Made by a program: the position numbers and the translations under genes
DNA from: the human T2T-CHM13v2.0 reference genome, Homo sapiens
DNA length: 64,000 bases
Assembly: GCF_009914755.1 (NCBI RefSeq)
Contig: NC_060931.1
Strand: one strand, 5' to 3'
Notes under the pieces: generated by a model
Database searches by the model: none
What the model saw: only the letters and a program-made list of their open reading frames with translations
What the model was told of the DNA's origin: nothing
Part shown: positions 1-12,491 of the stretch, piece after piece
Layout of the letters: the number at the start of each line of letters is the position of its first letter
Position numbering within the stretch: the first letter of the stretch is position 1

Positions 1-216
1 CTCAGATATGACACCAAAAACACAACAAACAACAAAAGACAAAAAGTAAATTAATTGTCATCAACATTAAACATGTTTATGCTTTAAATGACACTATCAA
101 AAGTGTGAAAAGATAACAGAATAGGAAAAATTTACCTGATAAGAAATTGGCATCCAGAAGATAGATAGCTGTAGATATATATCTCAACTCAATAATAAAA
201 AGATAAATAAACAAAT
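1..216 (+). mobile_element. Old L1M fragment (late ORF2 region)
   Basis: ATATGACACCAAAA...GACACTATCAAAAGTGTGAAAAGA...CCTGATAAG...CAACTCAATAATAAAAAGA resembles the L1M ORF2 3' region. Confidence 0.55.
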
Positions 217-570
217 ATGGAATGACCAAAGGCACCCAAATTCATAAAACAAGTACTTCTAGAACTATGAAAAGACTTAGGCAGCCACATAATAATACTG
301 GGGGACTTCAACACCCCACTGACAGCATTAGACAGATAATTGAGGCAGAAAGCTAACAAAGAAATTCTAGACTTAACTTTGACACTTGACAAATTGGACC
401 TAATAGGCATCCACAGACTACTTTACCCATCAACCACAGAATGTACATTATTCTCATCTGCTCATGAAACATACTCTCAAATCAACCACATGCTCAGCCA
501 TAAAGCCAGTCTCAATAAATTCAAAAAATTGAAATCTTGAACCACAATGGAATATAAAAAATAAAAATTA

Positions 571-872
571 GGCTGGGTGCGGTAGCTCACCCCTGTAATC
601 CCAGCATTTTCGGAGGCCAAGGTGGATGGATCTCTTGAGGCAAGGAGTTTGAGACCAGCCTGGCCAACGTGGTGAAACTCTTTCTCTACTAAAAAAAAAA
701 AAAAAAAATACAAAAATTAGCTAGGTGTGGTGGCACGCACCTATAATCCCAGCTACTTGGGAGGTTGAGGCAGGAGAATCACCTTAACCTGGGAGACAGA
801 AATTGCAGTGAGCCAAGATTGCACTGCTGCACTCCACTCTGGGTGACAGAGTGAGTGAGACACTTCTCTTTC
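571..872 (+). mobile_element. Alu (AluS/AluJ age)
   Basis: GGCTGGGTGCGGTAGCTCAC start, two arms with an expanded middle A-run; TSD AAAATAAAAAT(T/C)A at 558-570 and 980-992. Confidence 0.95.
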
Positions 873-920
873 ATAGATAGGTAGATAGATACATAGATAG
901 ATAGATACATAGATAGATAC

Positions 921-962
<42 letters not shown>
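873..962 (+). repeat. Compound (TAGA/TACA)n microsatellite replacing the Alu tail
   Basis: About 22 tetramer units directly visible. Confidence 0.95.
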
Positions 963-1084
963 GACAGAGAGATGTAAATAAAATAAAAATCAATACCAAG
1001 ATTTCTCAAAACCACACAATTACATGGAAATTAAACAACTTGCTCCTGAATGACTTCTGGGTAAACAAAAAAATTAATGACTTT

Positions 1085-1850
1085 TGAATGATAAACAAAC
1101 TGCATTTCTAGAATAAATCTCACTTGATCATGATGTATAATTTTTTTCAATATTATTGGATTTAATTTTCTAGTATTGTGTTGAGGATTTTTGTGTTCAT
1201 ATTCTTAAGAGACATTGGTCTGTAATGTTCCTTTCTTTTGAGATTGCGTGTGTGTGATGTCTTTGGTTTTGGTATTGTGGTAACACTGGCCTCAAAGAGT
1301 GAGGTGGAAAGTGTTCCTCCACTTCCGTTTTTTAAACACGTTTGTGAAAAATTGGTATTATTTCTTAAAACATTTGGTTTACCAGTAAAACCATCAAGGA
1401 TGGCTTGTTTTTGTAAGGTCAGCAGTAATGCTTTCTCTTTCATTTCTGATACTAGTAATTTGAATCATCTCTCTTTTTTTCTTGGTCAATTATGCTAAAT
1501 ATTTATCACATTTGTTGATTTTTTTTCATAGCCATATTCCATATGGCATTCCAAACTTCCACAATCAACTTTAGTTTCATTTTTCTCTATTGTTTTTATA
1601 TTCTTGATTTTATCAATGTCCACTCCAACTTTATTATTTCCTGTCTTCTTGCTTTAGGTTTAGTTTGCTTTTCTTTTTCCAGTTTCTTAAGGTATACAGT
1701 TGAGTATTATTTTGTAATTTTTCTTACATGTTAATGGAAGTATTATTACTATAAATGTTTCTCCAAGCACTGCTTTAGCTACGTCTCATAAGCTTTGGAA
1801 TGTTGTCCCTTCATTTTCATTCATCTCAAAGTATTTTATAAAGTAACTTG
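1085..1850 (-). mobile_element. Old L1M ORF2 fragment, antisense
   Basis: Minus-strand translation SLFEASVTTIPKPK...HYRPMSLKNMNTKILNTILEN matches the L1 RT-proximal region. Confidence 0.8.
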
Positions 1851-1959
1851 GGATTGCTTCTGCCTCGTTGTTTTACCCACACGCAGCTGGTAAGATTCAC
1901 TCATTGCTGTATTGTTTTCAACAATATCATGGGCATAAATTGTTCTACATATAAATCTC

Positions 1960-2960
1960 ATAAAATTTAGGCTGTGTTAAAGGACTCCTTCCTGAGATCA
2001 GTGTTTGAGATTTGTTTTAATCACAAATTTGCCACTGGGAGGGCTCCTTCCAGTGGTCTCCCTGGTTCTCTCTGGTAAATTAGACAGCCTGTAGTTTAGC
2101 CTGTATCTCCGATGAATCTATCAATCTCCCAATTGCCTTTCACCACAGGTTCCAGTTATTAAGAACACCCTTATGGTTGAACTTCTCCACATTTTGTTGC
2201 CAAAAAAAAAAAAAAAAACCTAAAAACTAAAACAACAAAACAGTCCCTTTGGGGATAGATTAGCAGTTATCTGTTTATGGCTTGCTTCTTTAGAGGCAAG
2301 GAAACATATATGAGCCACATTTCTGGAGCTAGAAATGGGAGCAACATCATGTTTCTTTCTGAATGACCCTCCCACTTTAGGAGCTGAACACTCATGGGAG
2401 AGGGAGGACAGTGACCTCAGATTCTCTCAGCTTGCTTCTCCCATGTGGAAACCCCACACCATGATATGAGGCAAGAACAAGGGGGACCCCAATATTCTTG
2501 GCAATGCTGTTCTTAATTTAAAGCCTCTGTCTAATGAGCCTTTGTCTAATGAGGTAGAGCTGGGTAAAAAAAGGGCACCATCACCTCTCATCTGTACTCA
2601 CTGGCAGCTTAACCTCATGAACATGTAGCTGGGGCCAGAATGAGAGGGGAAGACAGCTCACTTACAGAGAGCTAAGGTGGGAGAGAGCCCTGTGTTCTTG
2701 GATGCAGCAGGCTGGAGTGGAGTTTCCATTTCCCTGAGCTGGGAGGTAGCAGAAGAGTAGATCTTGTTTTAAATGCCACAGACTATTACTGTTCTTACTC
2801 AGTTTTAGTAGACTTTCTTGAATAACTATATTTTTTATCTTGCTGTATACAGAAAAATAGCATTTTGGAGACTTTACTGTTTTTTAAAAAATAGTTTTCA
2901 GCAGTCTTACTGGGAAATGAGTCTGCAGAACTCCTCATACTGTCCTGATGGAAGCCTTGG
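1960..2960 (-). mobile_element. Probable old L1M 5'-region fragment, antisense
   Basis: Composition and position continue the antisense L1M; subfamily not identifiable. Confidence 0.35.
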
Positions 2961-5649
2961 CTAAATGCTTTCAAAGACATCTATTTATATCTATTTCATG
3001 CTGGTATTGTACCTGCACCTAAAGTGACTGTGCCCGTAAAATAGGGAGTCTAGTTCTATTGTTTTTGAGTCCAATTTTAACATCCATATTGACTTTTTAC
3101 AGCCCCTGCTTTCTTCTCATTATTGTAAATATTTATAGTATTAATTTTATTGTGTACAGAGGCATATTTGAATGATTAAAAGGCAAGCACCAGCCTTTTG
3201 AGAAGACTTTATCAATCACTCTAGCACAACTGTTCACAAAGCAAGGAGTCAGCCGCCTCCCATATAGGCATCCCCCAACCATAACGTGGAGAAGCAGATC
3301 CCAGTTAGTACTTTCTATGTTATAGCTCCTCTAGTTTGTAATTAGTGTTTGAAAGGATCCAGAGTAACATGGAAAAGATTCACTGTCTTGATTCACTTTC
3401 ATAACTCAGCTGTCACTTGGGTCTTTCCTGCCCATGGGAGATTTAGGAAAATGTGCCTGATTTCATGCCAGGGAGTCCAGGACCCTTGTCTCAAGGGTTC
3501 TATGAACTCCTGGTGAGTCAGAGGCCTGTGTGCCCTGCCCTGTTTTTGAGCCTGTGCAGTCCTGCCTGGGCATGTGCTCCAGTGCCTGGGGAGCCAGCCA
3601 CATTATCACCCCCGCCACCATACACCCAAATGTATCAATAATTCCATGAATTTAGTAATTTTCCAACATTTTTGAATGTGGGCCTGAAGAGAGAAGTAAT
3701 TGTGAATCCCTGGGCTGTCCGTCCACCTGGCCCCTCCCTGCATCCTCAGCTGTTTCCCCTCTTGTGCCCCTGGCTGCCAGGGTGCTGTCATTACTCAGGC
3801 ATCCAGTTGGAAAGTTCCAGGCACATTTCGGCCCAGAGTCACTTACCCAGAGCCTGGCTTATCAAAGCCTTTTCTTAACAATGGGAGGGAGGTTGAATCT
3901 TAAAGCAATTCTTCTCTGTTAAGGCAATTATGCATTTTTTCTTATTATTACATTATTTATTTAAGGGCTGTATTACATGGGATCTGACTGGAGACGATAG
4001 AGGTTATTTGCAAAGCCTTTGAAAATGAACTCAGAAGAAGTTTAATCCACTCTCCCAAGGGAACCATGTCCCTACAAAAACTTAAAACTGCAGCAAAACA
4101 GAATAGAGAGGGTTTGCTTGTGTGCCTGCAGCAGAGCACCCCCTTCCTTATGTAAACACTTACAAAGCTGCCATCTTTGCACAGATGGTGGCTGAGTGGG
4201 GTGCTGGCTTTGAAGGCTCCCTGTTTTAATACTGGTGTTTTCCTCCTCAGGTCTCACGCACGAAGTACTGTAAGCTTCTCTATGGGCAGCACTCATCAAG
4301 CCAGAAAGTAGCTTGCCATGGCTTCTTCTATGGGGTGTTTTCTTTATTATGTTCATAAAGCAAAAAAAAAAAAAAAAAAAAAAAAACAGAGAGAGAAAGA
4401 AAAGAAAATCAGAAGACAATGACTACTTTAGCTCTCTTGGCCTCTCAAGGTGACTGGTGTGAGAATAGCTTGGTGGCTAAGGACAGAAAAAAAAATCTTT
4501 TGTTTATCTAGACTCTAGGGTATTTCTGAAATGAAGGGAAATGTTCAGAGACCATTAAAAATGCAAGAGGCCACATAAGGGGCTGAGTCATATAGCTGTC
4601 ACCTCACCACCTTGGAAACAAAACGCTCTATCATGTTTGTTTAGCTGGTGACAATGATATAATGCTGGAGATGAGGCTATGTATTTTTTTTTATCCCACT
4701 GACTTGGCTATTGTTCCTTACTTTAAAATGATCCCCTTTGGTTACTCTAAAGAACAAAGGAAAAAAACAATAGATATGCATTTTGCTGTTTAGTTAAGAA
4801 GGAAATATTGTTTTCATTACACCAAAGTCTGACAAGGAATTTAATTCACTCATTACTCCATTAAATATGAACTGGGCATCTGCAGGGGTGTTAGAGTCAG
4901 TGGCAGAAGGGTTTATGTGTCCTGTATTCTTGGAGCTCTACTGTAACAACTGATGGCATTGAAGGATGCACCATACACCTGCATGTACACAGGAAGGGCT
5001 TTCACAGCCAGAATAGGGCCTTGCACAAGTGAGCACTGAATTAGTACTGAATGGATGGAGGAAAGGAGATCTGGTTGTGGGTAGCATGAAGGATACTCTT
5101 AGATGCGAAGTCAGAGAGGAAGGCACTCGTTACATCATGGAGAGCCTCATGGACAAGCTGAAGAGTTTGATATTGAGTCAGAGTCTTTCAGACATGAAGC
5201 TGACATGGCCTCCGGAGTTCTGAGACAGTTCTGTTGGCCTTTCCTGGAGGTGACGTTGACCCAACCACTTTAATTTGGATCTATGAATGGTGGAGTCATT
5301 TAAGAAAGTGACACATCCAGCCACAGAGAGCAGTGTTTATGGAGTGATGTGTATTAACATGAATCAAGCTTCTTTTTTATTGTGAAGCTGTCATGTCCCT
5401 ATACGATCTCGTCTTTAAACTCAGAAGTGTATTGAGGCTGTTTTCAAAGAGGTTTTCTTCTCCAAGAGGAATGTGAGTGCCAGCTGCCAAACACTGTTTT
5501 GTTGTTGTTGTTATTTGTCAAAGGCTCTCTTTATGTTAATACCTTGGGTCTGTAATCCTCACAGCCATTCTGATTTGCATATGCAATGATTGGAAAATGA
5601 TCCAAATCAAACTTAACTGAAGTTGAAATAATAAAGGTGCTTGCAGTGA

Positions 5650-6070
5650 AGGGACATGGTTGTGAGGTAAGCCCCATGGTCTCAGCTCTGCTAGTTAATA
5701 AGCTGAGTGACAAAGAAAAAATCTCCTGATCTCTTTGGGCCTCAAATTTTTGCATTTTATAGAGAGGAATTGGTATCCATTCTAGTCCATGTACAGGTGT
5801 GATAAGAGTAAAATGAAATTATTGATGTGAAAGTATTAATATAAAGGATATAAGAGCATTAACGATTAGATGAGATCCTGCTTCAGGCTGGAGTTTTGAG
5901 GTTAATTACTCAGCTGGAACTGTAACTCCCTCCATTCCCTTGGAGTTGTGTGACCCAAACAAGTTATGTAGCTTCTCTGAGATCCACCTCGCTTCTGTAA
6001 ATCAGAGGCAGAGATAGCAGCATCAGTATTTTGTGGGGATTAATTGGGATAATGTGTTTGGTGCCTCACT
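5650..6070 (+). mobile_element. MIR fragments
   Basis: MIR core-like text (TGTGTGACCC...AAGTTA...CTTCTCTGAG...CTGTAAA...GGGGATTAA). Confidence 0.55.
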
Positions 6071-8389
6071 CACAGAGGATACAGGACAGAGCTCATGTCC
6101 TCAGTCTTCTCTTTTGGTTTCCTTTTCTTTCCAGTGGGTAATCATGAGGACTGAGATTACAATGAGGAAGTTTCTATTAATAATACAGAGATGCCAGCTA
6201 CACATCAAGTGCTCACATAAATGTTTGCATCCCGCTGTTTGCTCAGCCACCCTTCCTCAGTGCCATCCTCTCCTCCTCTTCATGCATCCAAAGGAAACCT
6301 ATTACAATTCAGTAGCTGAGGACAGATCACTGGAATTTGGTACTTTGTTGAGGCACCAACCCATGAGGAGTGGGGTGTGGTGTGGTAAGGCAGGAAGATG
6401 AGAATTAGGGACCAATGTAGTCTGAGGCAGCGGGGACCCCATATTCCACAGTCAGTGCTGTAACACTTGTGCTGGATGAGAGCTTAACGTGAGACCACGG
6501 GAGGCCTGGTCCCCCTCCGCTCTCTGCTCTTGCCCTGTGGTGGATGAGGGAGAAGTCATCTTTAAAGGTATTTCCTACTCAGATATGTGTAGGGAATAGC
6601 ACATGTATGGGGTTGTGGATGTGAGTGTGAATAGACTCCTCGTGGGGCAGATGATGGAAATCAGTGGGCATATATCTATAAACACATAATACAAATATTA
6701 CATATTTTACAAATCCTGTTATTTTCTAAAGTCTAAGATTAGTTTCTATACCAAGAAGAATTTTATGCGTTTAATTTTTAGAGGCAATGTGACAAAAAGT
6801 TCCTAAATAAATGATTTTTAAAATCAGAAACTGAAATACAGTCGTAGAGTATGAGACATTAGTATGTTCCTTTAATTCTCTTAGAAGCCATGTATATTTT
6901 TTCTTTCTAATGATAAAGTTTTATGTGCTCATTATTTTAGAATTCAAAATAGTATAAAGAATAAAACCTAATGGTTATGCGATTATTTCTTGTCCGGATA
7001 ACATTCCAGAATTTATTTCAGTCTGACTGTAAATATGTGCAAACATACTTACATCATTAATGTAATACTGAGTCTATGATTTTCTATTTTGCACTTAATA
7101 TTATATAATAGCCATTTTCTCTTCATTAAATATTATTTGTAGAGATTTTTAATAGTTGAGGCTGAAATCAATGTATTTGTTATAAATTATGACTTTTAAT
7201 TTGGGGGGAAGGACTTTTATAAGGGGAGCCTTAAGCTCAGGAATGCAAAGCTTCATAGGCACTTGGTATAACTTGACAAGTGATTTTTCAGAAATGTCTC
7301 TGCAGGTGCATTGCCACCTCTTTTGTTCTGCTCTTGAAGTGTCTGACTTTCAAAATATATGTGTGTATGTTTTTTCTTCCTCTCATGTATTATTCCTGCT
7401 TCTGTTTTAGCATTAATTAATATATTACATTTAATGTTTGTGGTTCCAAAATGTTGTACCTCAAAAAATTGTAGAATATTTCTTGTAAGCACCTTTACCT
7501 ACAGATAATGCCATTTATTTATCTCTATTTAATCACCGATTATACAAATAATGTGGACATAACGTATTATCTAGAAATGTTAGATCAATGAGTGAACATA
7601 GAAATAAATGACTCCTTGGCTATTTTGCAACATTTTATTCTGTGGAAGTATGAAAATCAAATAAATCCTTCAGGGAATTTAGATTATTGACATAACTGTG
7701 TATGTTATAGATAGAAATGAAAAAGTCAAGCTAATATTAATTAGATATTTACATCATAATGAATTTAATAATCTTCGAAGAGTGTCTAAATTGTTGAAGG
7801 TGCCATGCTTTTATAATTTTACGTTTAGAAGTCTTCTTAACTATTAACTGTTCTAGAGAGATCCTGAGTAACCTATTTCAACCTATCTCCTATCTGTTTC
7901 AGGCATATTTTCTCTAGAGTGTTTCTATTTTGGAAGACTGGTAGAATTTACTTTTTGTTTAATTTCTGTGTAATTTTTCTTTTTTCGTAATTCATGTTCT
8001 TCACAGTAAAGTTGGAATTCTTTTAGTTCAAACGAAATTTTAATTTGAAAGAATTTTAATTATTAATGTGCATATGTGCTTATAGAGAATTTATTAGATA
8101 ATTACTGGAATTTAGCATGAATTTTTCAAAAGTCATTAGCAAAATATACTTAAAGGGCTGCAGTTTCTACTAATGGTAAAAATGGATCCTAATATGCATA
8201 AGAACATACAGCCATCTCTGTGCCACTGTCTCCTCATACCATTGTATTTTTATATAATGCTTCCTATTCATGTTTGAATTGTTTTATCTGCTTTTATCTA
8301 AGTTCTCCAAATAAATAGTGGCCTTCTTCACTCCAAGAAGAACATTCTTCTGTTCTGGTCATATTCTGAATAGATCCTAAATTTCACTG

Positions 8390-8590
8390 CTTATTTATCT
8401 ACTTAGTTACACAGTGCCAGACATTGTTCCAAGTAATTTGCAAGGATTAATTCAGTCAGTCCTCTCACAACCTTATTAGGCAGATACTATAATTAATCTA
8501 TTTGCTAGATGAGGCAACTGAGGTTAGAAAATTTACCAGACTTTCCAGGGTCAAACAACTGGTACGTGGAGGAGCTGGATTCAGTAGTGC
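8390..8590 (-). mobile_element. MIR
   Basis: GTGCCAGACATTGTT...CCTCTCACAACC...AGATGAGGCAACTGAGGTTAGA...GGAGCTGGATTC. Confidence 0.7.
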
Positions 8591-10267
8591 AAACACTACA
8601 TTTTGTCATGCCATCAGAATCATTAATAAACATGAGACCAGAAACACATCTCCATGCAACACATCCCCTCTGCCCTGGAACATAATGTTATGCCCAGACA
8701 CAGCTGAGAGCTCTCCCAGGAGCATTTACAAAGCTCCAGTGACATGGTGCTTCACCTTGGGAAGCCCCTTCAACCACCTAGGCCTCAATCCCTTCTTTTC
8801 ATGAAACGTGGACATATAGACCCACTTTGGGGGATTTGGTGAAGACACAATGGGTTGATCGTGTTATTCAGCAGCATAGCTTGTAACATACTGCTGAGAA
8901 GGGGGATGGCCACAGAATATATACCTCTTGTACCAACCCAATGTGTTGGCCTTTAACAATTCTGAGAGATAGCCAAATAGAAATGTTAGAGAGGTGCATG
9001 TCCGTATGCTTTTATGTATATTTTGTCAGTGTCCTCACCAACCTCTCAGCCATGTGAAGATTAGAAACCATTAACTCGAATGATGGGAGGCTACTGTGGC
9101 CATGCACAGACCTCAGAGGGAAGTGACATCTGACAGCCTGAAATTAAGACAAGAGGACAGAAAAACAGAACACCAGGGCAAAGAGCTCCATGGGTGCTCA
9201 CAAGGGTGATCTATGTCACTGAAACAAGGTCACATTGTCTTGGGTCCCCTGTCTTTACCAGACAGACTTGAAAAATAATTTGACCATAAATCTGTTAGGG
9301 ATCAGCCTCATTTAGGGGAAATTTACTTAAGTGTAACACATTTTCCCCCAGCAATGCTTTGTAAATGAGATGAGTATGATTGCTAAGACTGGGCATGCCA
9401 TTTCATTCATTAAACTAATATTTACCAGTGCTAGGTACTAGGTACTCATACTGTGCTTGGTACTTAGAAAAGATGCCTCAGTGAACAAAATGGACAGAGA
9501 TTTTAGTCATCAGAGTATATTCATGTATTTCTGATTTTTTTTGGGATGCTATGATGTGCCCAACACCACCTGAGATAAGGGAGTAGAATAATTCATATAG
9601 TTTTTGGAGGACCCCTACATTCCTGGAGATTGCTATTTGAGGTTACCTTAGGGTATGAGTATGAGCTCATGTCTTGCTGATGGGACACCAGTGGAACTAC
9701 TGTCTATAACTCTACAATGTGAGGAACAGAGCCCCTTAGGCAGGAGACTTCCTTTGCAGTCATAGGGCCTGTCCACCTAGGCTGGGTTGAAGTACAATTG
9801 GGATAACTTTTTTATATAACAAACAAACAAGTGCCTGGTAATTACATATGCAATCCCTTTCATCTTTTCCCAGCCAAATTTTAATCAGTACAGACCTTGA
9901 AGCAATAAGGCCAGCAATCATGCTTCCCAGGGCCAGTTTCCAGCCCAGCTTCCCACTTCCACTAGCTCAGGACTTTGCTTTCACCGTTTGCATTTTCACC
10001 TTCCCTCTTTTATTGACTGGGTGTTGATTCTGGGACTTGCTGATAATTTTTTTAAGGTAATTCAGTGTCTGTGTCAATATAAATGGAAAACAACTAACTG
10101 TATAATTGACTTACAATTAATTTCTGTGTCTTATATTGAGAATCCAAACTCCCAACAATTTGGAGTAATTACTTCCTTTTTCTCCCTCTGTGTGAAAATG
10201 GACTTAGAATTTACTCATCTTAGGTCAATATGATAATAATCATGTTTCTATTTTATTTAACTCTCAG

Positions 10268-10373
10268 GTTTGGTGATGGTTATACAGTCAAAGTTTGGCT
10301 CTGTAAGGAAGCAAATCAACATTGCACTGTTTCTGACCACTTGAAGCTTTATTTTCCAGGAATTCAGTTCAAG
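10268..10373 (+). CDS. ABCA13: ABCA13 antepenultimate coding exon (exon 60 of 62 by recollection), start of the C-terminal regulatory domain
   Basis: ctctcag|G acceptor, AAG|gtagtg donor, 106 nt; encodes (R)[35 protein letters not shown] with the ABCA-family RFGDGY motif following NBD2. Confidence 0.95.
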
Positions 10374-10792
10374 GTAGTGCTAATATCTTGTATTATTTCT
10401 TTGTTTTCAGCTAAAAAAAAATAATAAATGTACCTGTCTTTTTTTGTTTTTATTCTATGCTGTTATAAGATACTACTTGTTACCTTAGCCACATTGCAAA
10501 GTATAGGCCCTGCCTCCCTACCAAAAATAGCATGGATAGCTGATATTGCTTGACCACTCTGAAGAGTGACAAGCCTGCTTAATTGCTTCCTGGATTGGCC
10601 AGAGCAGCCTGTGATTACATATCACGCCTCTTATCTGTGGGCACAGGTCCATTGCATAACTCATCTTGTTCAGCATAGAAGATTGCAAAAGCTAATCTCT
10701 TCCATATATTTGCTGTAGGGTTTATAGGCTTGATGGTTTCAGCATTGCTTCACAGAAATAGCCCTATGCTTGAGATCACAATACTCTATAAA

Positions 10793-10954
10793 CTTGCTGT
10801 CATCAAGTATGGTCACTGAACCAGCAGCATCTTCATTGCCTGGGACCTGTTAGACATGCAGAATCACAGGCCCCAACCTATTGAATGGGAATCTGCATTT
10901 TAACAAGGTGACCCGGAGATTCCTATGAACACTGAAGTTTGAGAAGCACTGTCT
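10793..10954. mobile_element. MER5A (hAT-Charlie) DNA transposon
   Basis: CCAGCAGCATC...TGTTAGACATGCAGAATC...TCTGCATTTTAACAAG...AAGTTTGAGAAGCACTG. Confidence 0.8.
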
Positions 10955-11595
10955 AAAAATCTCTTGGATAACTGTGGGATGCTAGTTTATTATAACTTCT
11001 AGGAGGCTGTAGTCCATAAAGTAGTTATGTTCTATTTATTTCAACAACTGTCATTTAGTGAAATCCTACTATGCAAGAAGCATGCTGTGTGAGACTGTCA
11101 TTCATGCTCAATTATGACTCTGAGTCACCCTATAAAACAGACATAATTATCTCCATTGGCATACATGAAGACAAGGATCAGAGGTTTAAATATCTTCCCA
11201 AGTGTTGCTCAGCTAATGATGAGAATAGTGAGAGATAAGCCCAAGTCCCAGTGTAAAACTCAGGGCCCTTCCATCCGTCTCTGTTAGGCCATGTTAAATT
11301 CCTACATTTCAAATATCTTTGGGCATCTTATGATTCCTTAAACAGGGCTTCCCCATGCTGTTGCAAGGTTAGAGCATATCAGGGGGCAGAACAGCAATGC
11401 CACTCAGTTGAACGTTGTTTGTCAAATATACCCCATGAAAAATTGTCATCAATAAGCATTCATTGGAGACTCACAAAATTAAGTGTAGGTTGAGAAAACG
11501 TAACTGAATTTTTTTGCCAATTAAATGTAGTATGATCAATTTTGTTTAATAATGCTAGTTATATGATACTTTTTTTTTTTTTTTTTTGCTTTTAG

Positions 11596-11733
11596 GGACA
11601 GCACCTGAATTTATTAGAATATCATGTGCCAAAAAGATGGGGATGCCTAGCTGACTTGTTCAAAGTTATAGAGAACAATAAAACCTTCTTGAATATTAAG
11701 CATTATTCCATTAACCAAACCACTTTGGAGCAG
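11596..11733 (+). CDS. ABCA13: ABCA13 penultimate coding exon
   Basis: T18-gcttttag|G acceptor, CAG|gtatag donor, 138 nt, phase 0-0; [46 protein letters not shown] contains the ABCA YS(I/V)xQTTL(E/D)Q motif. Confidence 0.96.
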
Positions 11734-12395
11734 GTATAGTATCTTGAATGATTCAGGAGGTTGAATTTTGGTCTGTTCATCAGACCTAATGTAGCCAATT
11801 TTAAAATTAATCGAATTGCTTCAATTCACCACTTTATTCAATTCATCTTGTTAAATTTTATAAAATTATGATAAGGATGGTGAGTGTCAGAAAGTTTGTT
11901 TACTGTATACCCTTCTACTTAAGATAGATATTCAGTAGAGTTTCAATTTGTTCATATTATTTTGGGCATTTAACTAATTAAATCATGTCACGTTAACCTT
12001 CCTATCTCCACCTTACTCAGCCCCACAAGACTTTTCGGGGGGGCTTCACTGTAATCAAATGATAGCTAACTTCTGGGGAAACAAAAAGCGTTTCATTTAC
12101 TAAGAGTACCAGGAATATAAAAATACATCACGACATATTTCTAAAACCAGGCTTAAGGTATTGAGAACTTCTAGGTGATTTATTATTATAATTGTCTAGA
12201 AATATGAATGTTCTTAGAGTTGTGTCCTCAATGGATTTATATATTTATGTGATTTGGGAGGGAATGGTATGAATTAATGATCTGTGGTTTTTAGGGCAAG
12301 TTGGCCAGTGTTCTGAGACAATGTCTCCTTTCTAATAAGTGAGACCAAAGGGTTGTATTCTTATAAGTAAACAACATTTTTATGGTTTTTTTCAG

Positions 12396-12491
12396 GTATT
12401 TATTAATTTTGCTTCTGAGCAGCAGCAAACTCTACAATCTACTCTTGATCCATCCACTGACAGTCACCACACACATCACTTGCCCATCTGA
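12396..12491 (+). CDS. ABCA13: ABCA13 terminal exon, coding part
   Basis: tttttttcag|GTA acceptor; VFINFASEQQQTLQSTLDPSTDSHHTHHLPI* with TGA at 12489-12491; VFINFA corresponds to the ABCA1 VFVNFA motif and the tail matches my recollection of the human ABCA13 C-terminus. Confidence 0.96.
   Translation, partial: VFINFASEQQQTLQSTLDPSTDSHHTHHLPI

Larger units (their letters stand above)
217..1082 (+). mobile_element. L1 (L1PB/older L1P-like) ORF2 endonuclease-region fragment, interrupted by an Alu
   Basis: Translates to IILGDFNTPLTALDR...DLIGIHRLLYPSTTECTLFSSAHETYSQINH; resumes after the Alu with [13 protein letters not shown]. Confidence 0.85.

Noticed and set aside
10410-10424. AKKK* as a di-lysine ER-retrieval signal on the putative truncated isoform
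   Set aside because: Lysines are at -1, -2 and -3, not the -3/-4 or -3/-5 pattern
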